Below are positions 21,814 to 30,235 of a stretch of 64,000 nt of DNA, one piece after another (the stretch's first letter is position 1; each line of letters begins with the position of its first letter). Both the position numbers and the translations under genes were made by a program. Where the stretch lies: positions 192,001 through 256,000 of the IMG/VR virus record IMGVR_UViG_3300010167_000010; one strand, given 5' to 3'. The notes under the pieces were generated by a model, which was not told the DNA's origin, ran no database searches, and saw only the letters and a list, made by a program, of their open reading frames with translations. The DNA comes from a virus (Duplodnaviria > Caudoviricetes).

Positions 21814-21842
21814 AATCCCGCCATTCGGCGGGATTTTTTTTT
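21814..21842 (+). terminator. Rho-independent terminator after capsid gene
   Basis: AATCCCGCC-ATTC-GGCGGGATT followed by a T run. Confidence 0.92.
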
Positions 21843-21858
21843 GTTAATATAAATAATA

Positions 21859-22056
21859 ATGATAAACTCTTTAGAATCAGTACGAGAAGAATTAGAAGAT
21901 GTTTTCGATTTTGAAAGCATTTGGAAAAGAAATGAAGCAACTGATAATAATATTGCAGAACTTCAATCTATATTAGATAATATAAGTAAAGAATTATATT
22001 TTATAAAAGATGAAATACAAAAATTAAAAAAAGAACAAAATTTTTTATTGGATTAA
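21859..22056 (+). CDS. Small coiled-coil protein ending NFLLD
   Basis: 65-aa ORF with heptad pattern. Confidence 0.6.
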   Translation: MINSLESVREELEDVFDFESIWKRNEATDNNIAELQSILDNISKELYFIKDEIQKLKKEQNFLLD

Positions 22057-22060
22057 AATT

Positions 22061-22306
22061 ATGGGAACATATAATATAGCTGAAGGTGGAATCGGTAAAA
22101 TTGTTGGTGTTCAAGGAATGTCAGGACCGGGCCCAATTTCTATTGATACAGGTATGGGTACATCAAGTTATTTTGATGATATAATACATAAAATAACAAA
22201 CTTTGAAGAACAACTTCAAGAAATGGCTGAACTTAAACATAGAATATCTAGATTAGAAAAAGAACTTTTACTTTTAAAGAAAAATAGTAATTTATTATTC
22301 GATTGA
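22061..22306 (+). CDS. Small coiled-coil protein ending NLLFD
   Basis: 81-aa ORF; Gly-rich N-terminus, coiled-coil C-terminus. Confidence 0.6.
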   Translation: MGTYNIAEGGIGKIVGVQGMSGPGPISIDTGMGTSSYFDDIIHKITNFEEQLQEMAELKHRISRLEKELLLLKKNSNLLFD

Positions 22307-22822
22307 TTCATTATAAATATCTTCAAAAGATTCAGCATAACGTATTTTCTTTTGAATCCATTTAATGTCAGGAATTATTTTAATTTGTTCTGATTTACTT
22401 TGTATTTTTAAATTTAAAAAATTTATAATTTCATTTATTTCAAAAATCATTTTATCTATAGTTTCTTTTACATTATCTAAAGTTTTTCCTGGAATTTTTT
22501 TATTCCAATATTCTTGAGTTATTCGTCTAGCTGCATGAGCTGAAGTTTTATGAGTATCTTCTGAAATTAATCTAAAAAATTTTAAATATCTATTCTGAAT
22601 AAATCTGGTAGCAAATATATCTTTAATAAAATGATGAGCTATTCTTAATATCTTTTTTAAATTTTTAAGTAGTGGTAATGATTCAAAATCTCTAATGATT
22701 ACAGAAGCTTTATTTCCATTTATTTCTATTTCTTCTTGAATTTTATTTTGTTCAAATTCTTTTATAAGACTATCGAAAGAATTTATTGTGTCATCTAGTC
22801 TATTTATAATATTAGGTCTCAT
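22295..22822 (-). CDS. Hypothetical protein, last gene of putative internal-protein array
   Basis: 175 aa; overlaps upstream gene; C-terminal SFEDIYNE. Confidence 0.6.
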   Translation of the reverse strand: MRPNIINRLDDTINSFDSLIKEFEQNKIQEEIEINGNKASVIIRDFESLPLLKNLKKILRIAHHFIKDIFATRFIQNRYLKFFRLISEDTHKTSAHAARRITQEYWNKKIPGKTLDNVKETIDKMIFEINEIINFLNLKIQSKSEQIKIIPDIKWIQKKIRYAESFEDIYNESIE

Positions 22823-23363
22823 TTAAGTTATCCTTAAGATTTTTTCTTGTCACTGTATAAAGAGTTGTAGAATCTGGTCCTTTTTCTATTTTTCCGCCCC
22901 ATTTACTGACTAATTTATTATAAGCTTCTTTAATTGGATTTTCATATAATACTGACCATTCTAATTTACCGTTTTGTTTAATTTTTAATTTCATTAAGTT
23001 TATAATATCTTTTATAAATGTTATATTATTTTGTTGAAATGCAACTGTATATATATCTCCTCGTGTTTTAAGAAGAGAATTACCTGATTTAAATCTTATA
23101 TGACCAATTGGTATTTCACCATCATTTGATAATATTAAATAACATTCATTATTCCCAAATAAAGAATCTTCTACTAATTCTAAAGCATTATTATAATTTC
23201 TTTTTGGATCAAATAATTTCCAATTAGATTTTCTTTTTATTTTAAATAATTTTTCATTTAATTCATCAGAAATTTTTTCTTGGCCAATCATTAAAACTTC
23301 ATTTTCTTTTTTTATAGAAAGAGATTTTTCATTTAAAAGATATATTTCATTAAATGTTTTCAC
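22812..23363 (-). CDS. Putative internal head protein, GNAT-like
   Basis: N-terminus MKTFNEIYLLNE; IGHIRF and LEWSVLYENPIKEAYNKLVSKWGG resemble GNAT motifs. Confidence 0.5.
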   Translation of the reverse strand: MKTFNEIYLLNEKSLSIKKENEVLMIGQEKISDELNEKLFKIKRKSNWKLFDPKRNYNNALELVEDSLFGNNECYLILSNDGEIPIGHIRFKSGNSLLKTRGDIYTVAFQQNNITFIKDIINLMKLKIKQNGKLEWSVLYENPIKEAYNKLVSKWGGKIEKGPDSTTLYTVTRKNLKDNLNET

Positions 23364-23759
23364 TTAATCGTCTCCAAGTAAATATTTATAACCGTTTTCT
23401 ATATCTTCTTTTTCTAAACTAATATAAGCTTTAGTTAAAATGTCTACAGTATCACTTAAAGAATAACCAGAATGGGCCATGCGTCTTAACATTGGTATAT
23501 AATTTACTGTTCTAAAAGAATCTGGACTAAATCTTGGAACTAATGGAGAATCTGTATATCCGGTACCTGTTGGCAATCTTCTAGTATCATTTGGATTTTC
23601 TGCTTCTCTAACATAATTAACCCAATCAGCTAAATGAGATTCTTTCCATTTCATAAAAGGAGTATCTTTCCAATGTTTTTCTTTTCCCCAAGTTGATAAA
23701 CCCTTTAATAAAGTTTTTCGTGGATCTTTACTTTCATATATTTGTTTAAATGTTTTCAT
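23364..23759 (-). CDS. Putative internal head protein
   Basis: N-terminus MKTFKQIYE. Confidence 0.6.
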   Translation of the reverse strand: MKTFKQIYESKDPRKTLLKGLSTWGKEKHWKDTPFMKWKESHLADWVNYVREAENPNDTRRLPTGTGYTDSPLVPRFSPDSFRTVNYIPMLRRMAHSGYSLSDTVDILTKAYISLEKEDIENGYKYLLGDD

Positions 23760-24475
23760 TTATTTACCCTTTGTATTTTTTCAACATCAATTATTTTAAC
23801 ATCTTCAGCATTAAAAATACCAAGATTCTCATCACCACCTTCTCGTAATACTACACCATCGTATCCTAATTTTTTAACTATTTTTAATACGTCTGGTTTT
23901 TCTATATCTAAATAAGTATTACCAAATTCTTTAAGAGCCCAAGCTCTTCCTCTTGATAATTTCTTTTTAGTTTTTTCATACTCTTTTTTCCAAAATAAAT
24001 ATTGACGTTCAGCATCCCAATGTTTATTTTTTTTCATTTTTTCTTCCCAATTATTCATTATTTTTAAGTAATTTTCTTGTAAATAATTTTCACACCACTT
24101 TTCATAATCTTCATCATTTCTTAAAAAATTATAACCTTCTAAAGATTTAGGAATTTTAATACCAGATGATAATAAATTATCCCAGTCATCTATATCTAAT
24201 AAATCGAATAAATTTAAATTTCTAGTTAACTTTACTTTATAAACATATTTTCCATTTTTTCTTTTTCCATAATATTCAGCAAATTTTTTATTAGTTGCTA
24301 AAAATATCATTTTAATTTGTTTGTCTGCGTCTTTATCAGCAGCTTTTATTTGTGAACTAGGTGAATAAAAATTATCTTTAATATAATCACCCCTAGCTTC
24401 AAGTGTTTTAAATTTTGTATCTGAACCATGATAATATGTTTTACTTGATTTAAACACTCGTTCAAATAATTTCAT
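23756..24475 (-). CDS. Putative ADP-ribosyltransferase (HYE clade, ART-PolyVal-like), probable internal protein
   Basis: YYHGS, IFLATNKKFAEYY, VYKVKL, LGYDGVVL...ENLGIF; N-terminus MKLFE. Confidence 0.7.
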   Translation of the reverse strand: MKLFERVFKSSKTYYHGSDTKFKTLEARGDYIKDNFYSPSSQIKAADKDADKQIKMIFLATNKKFAEYYGKRKNGKYVYKVKLTRNLNLFDLLDIDDWDNLLSSGIKIPKSLEGYNFLRNDEDYEKWCENYLQENYLKIMNNWEEKMKKNKHWDAERQYLFWKKEYEKTKKKLSRGRAWALKEFGNTYLDIEKPDVLKIVKKLGYDGVVLREGGDENLGIFNAEDVKIIDVEKIQRVNK

Positions 24476-24909
24476 CTTTCTCTACCAATTTCTTCTATTT
24501 CTTCATCAGTTATTCTATTACTTTGTCGATCTTCATAAGAATCCATTGCCCAAGAACCAAAATCATACTTATCACATGGATCACCATAATTTTGTTTGTG
24601 AAAATCATTTAAATATTTTTTGAATTTTTCTCTAACTTGATCTAAAGATAATTTATCTTCTTTGCTTTGTAAAAAGTTTTTAAGAAGTCTTCTCATACCT
24701 CTAACAAAATGTGAAAAACGAGTATTTATTTTATCTTCTCTTTTAAATCTGGCTGGTTCGTCTCCTATGAAATTTCGTGGAGGATGATATCCAGGTTCTC
24801 CTTTTTTTCGATAACATTCATAACCTAAGAAATTTAAATGCGAAGTATAAATATCTTCTAATTTATATTTATTTTTTGCTTCTTTTAATATTTCATTAAA
24901 TGTTTTCAT
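24472..24909 (-). CDS. Putative internal head protein (start corrected to 24909)
   Basis: ATG at 24909 overlaps upstream stop (ATGA) and gives MKTFNEILKE. Confidence 0.65.
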   Translation of the reverse strand: MKTFNEILKEAKNKYKLEDIYTSHLNFLGYECYRKKGEPGYHPPRNFIGDEPARFKREDKINTRFSHFVRGMRRLLKNFLQSKEDKLSLDQVREKFKKYLNDFHKQNYGDPCDKYDFGSWAMDSYEDRQSNRITDEEIEEIGRER

Positions 24910-25109
24910 AATTTTGCCCAAAACTCCTTTAATTCACCGTATATTTCACCTAATCTATTCCATTCATCTAAATGGTCTTCTTCTAAATTTTTAATTTCTT
25001 GTGCAGCTGATCCAATATATTCTAATGCATCCCCTAATAATGATCGAGCTCTTGGTAATCCAGATTGATAATCAGCTATTGATTCAAATATTTGTTCAAA
25101 TGTTTTCAT
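24906..25109 (-). CDS. Putative internal head protein
   Basis: N-terminus MKTFEQIFE; ATGA overlap with 25106-27028. Confidence 0.65.
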   Translation of the reverse strand: MKTFEQIFESIADYQSGLPRARSLLGDALEYIGSAAQEIKNLEEDHLDEWNRLGEIYGELKEFWAKL

Positions 25110-27028
25110 GTAACTCTTCCTATTTTTGGTTGTTTTATTTCTCTTTTAAATATTGGTATATGTCTATGCCATTGTCGTCTAGATTTTTTATTATATGGAT
25201 TGCATAAATCAGCATAGGTGTATAAAGTATCTTTACTTTTAATTGGCTCATCCGGCATCATATCATAAAATGAATCATATTTTTCTCTATCTCTAATTTC
25301 TCTATTTCTAGTAGCGTCCCAATCTATCTCATCATCTTCATCCCAATAATATTCATTATCTTCAAATGTTTCGTGATGTTTAAATTGATTTATTGGTTTT
25401 TCAGATTCTTTTATTTTTTTCATTCTAATATAATCATTAATTTTTCCATCATCAAGACAATCTTGACATTGAGGTTCTCCTGATTCTAAATAATCATCAT
25501 TTTTTATTTCTTCATAAGTAATTCGTTTTCCGCATGTCCAACACCAAGTTCCACCATCTTTAATCCAATCTTCAGAAGATTCTTTTATCCCCTTACTCAT
25601 TTTTAATATTTTTTCAAAATCATCTTCATCATATCCTAATTCTATACAAAGTTGTTTTGCTTCATCTAAAGAAATATCACCTTTTCTAATTTGTTGTGCT
25701 AAACATTTATCCCAATAAGGTAAATTTTCTTTTAAATTTTTCTTTTCATCACATCTTTTTGCCCAACATACATCGCAATATCCATCGCGAACTTCATTTC
25801 CAGGTTTTTCTCCATCTTTTAATCCGCAAACTTTACAAATATTTTTCTCTAAAGAACTTATATAAGGTTTTTCGCATCCAAAAGTTGGGTAACTAGATGC
25901 TGTAATAGGTGGATTCCAATGTTCATTTAATCTATTTTTTACAATATCTACAAAAGCCATAATGCATTCAGTAAGATTACCTTTCTTCTCTTCATAAATA
26001 TATTCAGCTTCTTGAGGGTCAATTTCATATTCTACAACTAGATAATCTAATAATTCATCATTTGGTCCGTTATAATTATCAATAGTTTTTTCAAAATCAT
26101 CTTCAACTTCATCTGGTTCTATACATTCGCGTGGTTCAATATCTGTTTCATCTAAAAATTTTTCCATCGCACAAACAGCAAATTCTTCAGCATCTTCATC
26201 AGATAATTCATAATTGCTTTTTAAAGTTTCAGCAATGTTGTCTACATCATCATGTATAAAGCCCAATGCCCTATTTATAATTTCATCTTTTAGAGTTGGA
26301 TCTATATCTAAATAATTTTCATCTTCATAATTTTCCATTTCATATTCTATATCATTTATTTCAGCATTGTCACCTAGAGATCTTAATTCATCAAATGTAA
26401 CAATACGAGGATCTTGAACTTTTCTTCCCAATTCTCTTAATTCATCTTCCATAAAAAGTCGTTCAGTTAATTTATTTTCTCGTAAATATGGCTGTAAAAT
26501 CGGATGAAGTTCTAATAAAGAATTTTTTATTTTTTCTTCTAATATTTTATCTTTTACATCTTCAAATTCTTCTCTAGCTTCTGCAGCTTTAGCTTGATCT
26601 CCAATATTATCTGATTGATTTATTGCATTTGCAGCTGCAATCTGATCTGTTGCTTGTTGTTCAGCTTGATCTTCCTTTGGAGTTTCTAATCCAGCTTTTT
26701 CTGCCATGTCCATTGCTGAATTAGTGAAATCTTTTAAAGTTTTTGAGTCTACTTTTGATGGATCTATTTTTTTATCTTTTAATGCATTATTTACTAAATC
26801 ACTAAAATTATCAATATCAGGAAGTAGACTTTCTTCTTCATATAAGAGTACTCCAGTTCTTTTAACACTTTCTAAATCTGATAATTTTTTCCAAGATTTA
26901 TTTTCATTTAAAACTACTTTAGTGCCATCTGAACGAATTATTATCTTACCTTCCCAAATTTTGTTAGAATTTTTTATAAAAGCAGAGACTTCTTGACCCT
27001 CTGGAAACATTTTATTGTAATCTTTCAT
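25106..27028 (-). CDS. Acidic prohead core / internal protein with repeated (I/L)xE sites and two CxxC modules
   Basis: Very D/E-rich; LYE, LRE, LTE, LNE, LKE, IKES; CKVC..CDVC and CWTC..CQDC; ACTAATTA 2 nt upstream. Confidence 0.55.
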   Translation of the reverse strand: MKDYNKMFPEGQEVSAFIKNSNKIWEGKIIIRSDGTKVVLNENKSWKKLSDLESVKRTGVLLYEEESLLPDIDNFSDLVNNALKDKKIDPSKVDSKTLKDFTNSAMDMAEKAGLETPKEDQAEQQATDQIAAANAINQSDNIGDQAKAAEAREEFEDVKDKILEEKIKNSLLELHPILQPYLRENKLTERLFMEDELRELGRKVQDPRIVTFDELRSLGDNAEINDIEYEMENYEDENYLDIDPTLKDEIINRALGFIHDDVDNIAETLKSNYELSDEDAEEFAVCAMEKFLDETDIEPRECIEPDEVEDDFEKTIDNYNGPNDELLDYLVVEYEIDPQEAEYIYEEKKGNLTECIMAFVDIVKNRLNEHWNPPITASSYPTFGCEKPYISSLEKNICKVCGLKDGEKPGNEVRDGYCDVCWAKRCDEKKNLKENLPYWDKCLAQQIRKGDISLDEAKQLCIELGYDEDDFEKILKMSKGIKESSEDWIKDGGTWCWTCGKRITYEEIKNDDYLESGEPQCQDCLDDGKINDYIRMKKIKESEKPINQFKHHETFEDNEYYWDEDDEIDWDATRNREIRDREKYDSFYDMMPDEPIKSKDTLYTYADLCNPYNKKSRRQWHRHIPIFKREIKQPKIGRVT

Positions 27029-27064
27029 AATAATTAGTTTACAATATGAGAAATACTAATTATT

Positions 27065-27364
27065 ATGAAGAAAGAATTAAACTTAAAAACTAAATATAAA
27101 ACAAATAACGGTGAACTTACAGGAGAACAAATTTTACAAGAAGTTTGTGGTCCTTCTTGGGCAGGAAGGGAAGTAAAGAATGGTGATAAAGTTAAACTTC
27201 TTCCTTCACGACTTTTTATAGATGATGAAGGCTATACTTTACGACAATCTATAAGTACTGGTCAATGGTGGTGGGTAAAAGCTAAAAGAGATTTTGGCTA
27301 TCAAGTTAATTATAATCAGAATAATAAATACGCTCACAACAAATGGTATCGTAATTATCATTAA
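27065..27364 (+). CDS. Hypothetical protein
   Basis: 99 aa; ACTAATTA 2 nt upstream. Confidence 0.6.
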   Translation: MKKELNLKTKYKTNNGELTGEQILQEVCGPSWAGREVKNGDKVKLLPSRLFIDDEGYTLRQSISTGQWWWVKAKRDFGYQVNYNQNNKYAHNKWYRNYH

Positions 27365-27974
27365 AAATAGACCAACTTAGCATCATAGCATGTGGTTTAA
27401 AATTATCAGGATAATCTAAATAAAAAATAACATAATCAGCCTTAGAATTTTTTATAAAGTCTATAGTATGTCTAATTGGCAGATAAGTAAATTTATGTAA
27501 TTTATCAAAATCTTCTTTTTCTATTTTATAATAAATTCGATCTAAATTAGAATTTTTAGTTCTATAAATTATACTTAATTCTATATCATTAAAATATATT
27601 ATATCTTTTAAAAAATAAATATGTTCAATTTTTTTATCTATTAAATTAAAAGAAGCATACGGAATATGATTTTTATAACAAGTAAAACTATTGACTTTAT
27701 CTTTTATATTTGGCATAAATTTTTTAAATGACCAATCTTTATCAATAGAGGGATATATCTCTAATAAATTACCATTCTTATCTACTTTTATATGTGGATT
27801 ATACTGTTCTCCAATTTTCTTTATTTGTAAGTATAAATTATCTTTTTCTTCAATTTTATCTAAGATAGAGTATTGAATATCTATTGATGATGTAAGTTGA
27901 TTATCATTCATACAAACTTTAAAATCTGGGATATGTTCTTGTAATTGTTTATTTACGTAACTAATATCTATCAC
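27306..27974 (-). CDS. Hypothetical protein
   Basis: 222 aa, GTG start, AGTTAAT 8 nt upstream. Confidence 0.6.
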   Translation of the reverse strand: MIDISYVNKQLQEHIPDFKVCMNDNQLTSSIDIQYSILDKIEEKDNLYLQIKKIGEQYNPHIKVDKNGNLLEIYPSIDKDWSFKKFMPNIKDKVNSFTCYKNHIPYASFNLIDKKIEHIYFLKDIIYFNDIELSIIYRTKNSNLDRIYYKIEKEDFDKLHKFTYLPIRHTIDFIKNSKADYVIFYLDYPDNFKPHAMMLSWSIFNDNYDTICCERIYYSDYN

Positions 27975-28095
27975 ATAAATATATTAACTTTTATGTATAA
28001 TATCATCGATCTCAGGAATCCTTTCCTTTTTAAAGATAAATTTAAAAAGGAAACAAAATCAGAGATCAGAGTTAATATCTAATTAAGGAGAATAA

Positions 28096-28581
28096 ATGAA
28101 AAAATATGTTTTAATTATTTTTTTGGTTTTTCTAACTAGCTTTATTTCAGCACAAGAATGGAGTATAGGTGGAAATTTTGAAATGGATTTAAATCCAGAA
28201 GATAAAACTTTTTCTGGTGAAATATCTGTAAGTTACGATTTTACAGATCGATTATGGGCATCTACAGGTTTTGGAATAGTTTATGAAGATCGTGTAGAAA
28301 AACTTATTCCTAGTTTAACCGTTGGTTATGGAGTTGCAAATATTGGTCCAATGGGAGTCAGTATTTTTGCTGGTGGGTATTATTCTATTTTATTACACGA
28401 AAAAGATGCTCATAATTATGGTTTTTATTTAGGTTTTGGGTCACTCTTTCAATTATCTGAAAGAGTCTTTTTTGGTGTTACTTTAATGAGTGTTACATTT
28501 GATATTTATGATAACGATTTAAGTATATTTGCTTCAGTTTTTCCAATGAATCCCAGTTTTAGTTTAAGTTTCTATTTCTAA
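28096..28581 (+). CDS. Outer-membrane beta-barrel protein
   Basis: Sec signal MKKYVLIIFLVFLTSFISA; amphipathic Gly/aromatic strands; C-terminal SFSLSFYF; AAGGAG SD. Confidence 0.75.
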   Translation: MKKYVLIIFLVFLTSFISAQEWSIGGNFEMDLNPEDKTFSGEISVSYDFTDRLWASTGFGIVYEDRVEKLIPSLTVGYGVANIGPMGVSIFAGGYYSILLHEKDAHNYGFYLGFGSLFQLSERVFFGVTLMSVTFDIYDNDLSIFASVFPMNPSFSLSFYF

Positions 28582-28606
28582 GGTTTTGAACAAATAATCT
28601 ACCCTT

Positions 28607-28617
28607 CTTATATAATA
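28607..28617 (+). promoter_or_regulatory. Putative early (sigma70-like -10) promoter CTTATATAATA
   Basis: Identical 11-mer at 30880 and 43977; TTGAAC upstream at 28586. Confidence 0.5.
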
Positions 28618-28635
28618 TATGTAAGGGAGATTATT

Positions 28636-29109
28636 ATGAACGATTTAGAATTAAGAGAAAAGTTTAATACAGATTATAAATGGTTATTCAGAGGCGTTTT
28701 AGCAGTTAACATGCAACAAACAGCTGATGAAAGACTTCAAGAAACAGTAAAATTTCATAATAATCGAGGATTTACTCCTGCCGATGCAAAGTTTCTTTGC
28801 TCAATAGCAAAACAGATTTTAAAGGGTTATGGTCTCTCTGAAAAACAGCTTTATGTAACTCGTAAAAAAATGCATAAATATGCCGGTCAATGTTTACGTT
28901 TGGCAAAGGCCGGGATAAAAGTTGAAAATGTTGGAAAACTTGAAGACGCAATTCATTGGACTATTTCAAAAAATAATATAGCAATAGGTGTAAAATTAGG
29001 GCCTTCTCCTTCTGAAGTAATTGCTGAGGCCAGAAGGCAAGATAATGCCATTGCAAATTATTTTTCCAGAAATTTTGATGCTGATGGTAGAGTGAAGGAT
29101 TTTTCATGA
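28636..29109 (+). CDS. Phage hypothetical protein
   Basis: QTADE..NNRGFT.AD..LSEKQ..KYAGQ pattern that I recall from phage hypothetical proteins; GGGAG SD. Confidence 0.65.
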   Translation: MNDLELREKFNTDYKWLFRGVLAVNMQQTADERLQETVKFHNNRGFTPADAKFLCSIAKQILKGYGLSEKQLYVTRKKMHKYAGQCLRLAKAGIKVENVGKLEDAIHWTISKNNIAIGVKLGPSPSEVIAEARRQDNAIANYFSRNFDADGRVKDFS

Positions 29110-29198
29110 ACTTTGTAGAAATTGTTGGTTGTTTAACTATATCATTTTTTATTGGCGGAGGCGCATTTTTAATCTGTGCCTTTAAGGATTGGATATGA
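29106..29198 (+). CDS. 30-aa single-pass membrane microprotein (not in ORF track)
   Basis: MNFVEIVGCLTISFFIGGGAFLICAFKDWI; ATGA overlap with upstream gene. Confidence 0.6.
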   Translation: MNFVEIVGCLTISFFIGGGAFLICAFKDWI

Positions 29199-29287
29199 TT
29201 ATCGAGAAAATTCTTTTAACTGGAATTATTATGTGTTTTCTTATGTATTTTGTCCCGTGGGCATATACAAAATTAAGGAGTAGATAA
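29195..29287 (+). CDS. 30-aa single-pass membrane microprotein (not in ORF track)
   Basis: MIIEKILLTGIIMCFLMYFVPWAYTKLRSR; ATGA and TAATG overlaps on both sides. Confidence 0.6.
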   Translation: MIIEKILLTGIIMCFLMYFVPWAYTKLRSR

Positions 29288-29532
29288 TGAAATTTGTTCT
29301 AAGCGATAATGCACAAAAACAACTAAACAATATGATGGAAAGAAAAGGCGTCAATACTGATTGTGATGATGTCATTGTCGTTGAACTCACTTCGTATGGA
29401 AAATATGACGATACTGGAATGATGAGCGGACCCTCCTTTTGCGGTGATAAAATTACTAGCCCAAAAGTTATTGCTACTACACATATTCAGTTCAGTTTTG
29501 ATGTTGGCCCAGATTATGGAAGGGATAGTTAA
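29287..29532 (+). CDS. Hypothetical protein
   Basis: AAGGAG SD; coupled. Confidence 0.6.
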   Translation: MKFVLSDNAQKQLNNMMERKGVNTDCDDVIVVELTSYGKYDDTGMMSGPSFCGDKITSPKVIATTHIQFSFDVGPDYGRDS

Positions 29533-29787
29533 ATGAATGATTTTGATATGAATATTGAAGATTTTTTTAATTTAGCCGGAAAAAATGCGGCTGGTGATTT
29601 ACTTTATCAAATAAGCAAAAGCAAAAATGTTGATGAGCAAATTGAAACTGTTAGGCAGTTTCTTTTAGATACTACATTGCGAGCAGAGGCTTGGGGAAAA
29701 ATTCAGGCCATCGAGCATGCTGTTAGCATGTATGAAGAAGCCCTCAAAGATAGGGTTTTGAATTTTAAGGAAAGAGGAATAGAATAA
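29533..29787 (+). CDS. Hypothetical protein
   Basis: Abuts neighbours in operon. Confidence 0.6.
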   Translation: MNDFDMNIEDFFNLAGKNAAGDLLYQISKSKNVDEQIETVRQFLLDTTLRAEAWGKIQAIEHAVSMYEEALKDRVLNFKERGIE

Positions 29788-30224
29788 TGCCTACAATTAA
29801 TGAAATTTTAAGTGCAAGCGGAAACCCAGAAGGAATTGAAAAGAGAATGGAAGATATGCCTGAAAATATCCAGCATATTCTTTCACGTGGAAATCGTTTA
29901 ATGCGGAATTGGTGGGATGCTTATTTTCCCCTTGCTCAAGCTAATGATGATCGAAATTTCGGTCGTAGGAATCCAAATAACAATAATTTTAAGCGCAGAT
30001 CACTTCGTGGGAAAATGATAAAAGCTAGGGAAGCAATCGAAGCTGCCGGTTATGAACCGCGTGGTGGGGAAGGAAGTGGTCCAAAGTGTGTTATCAAGCG
30101 CATTGAAAATACTACAGAACTTTTTCCAGAATATACTGTTATTGTAATTGGTCAATTTAATGCAGATTTTGGAAATTGGGATAATGAAGGACATTTTCAA
30201 AAAACATTTTCAGTAAAGTTTTAA
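29787..30224 (+). CDS. Hypothetical protein
   Basis: 145 aa, coupled (TAATG). Confidence 0.65.
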   Translation: MPTINEILSASGNPEGIEKRMEDMPENIQHILSRGNRLMRNWWDAYFPLAQANDDRNFGRRNPNNNNFKRRSLRGKMIKAREAIEAAGYEPRGGEGSGPKCVIKRIENTTELFPEYTVIVIGQFNADFGNWDNEGHFQKTFSVKF

Positions 30225-30235
30225 GGGAAATTAAA

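Noticed and set aside
23350-25109. Repeated AATGTTTTCA as a CRISPR or recombination repeat
   Set aside because: Irregular spacing; it is simply the coding sequence of the shared MKTF tag
27306-27974. Prenyltransferase-like repeats (IEHIYF, LDRIYY)
   Set aside because: Too little motif support to assign
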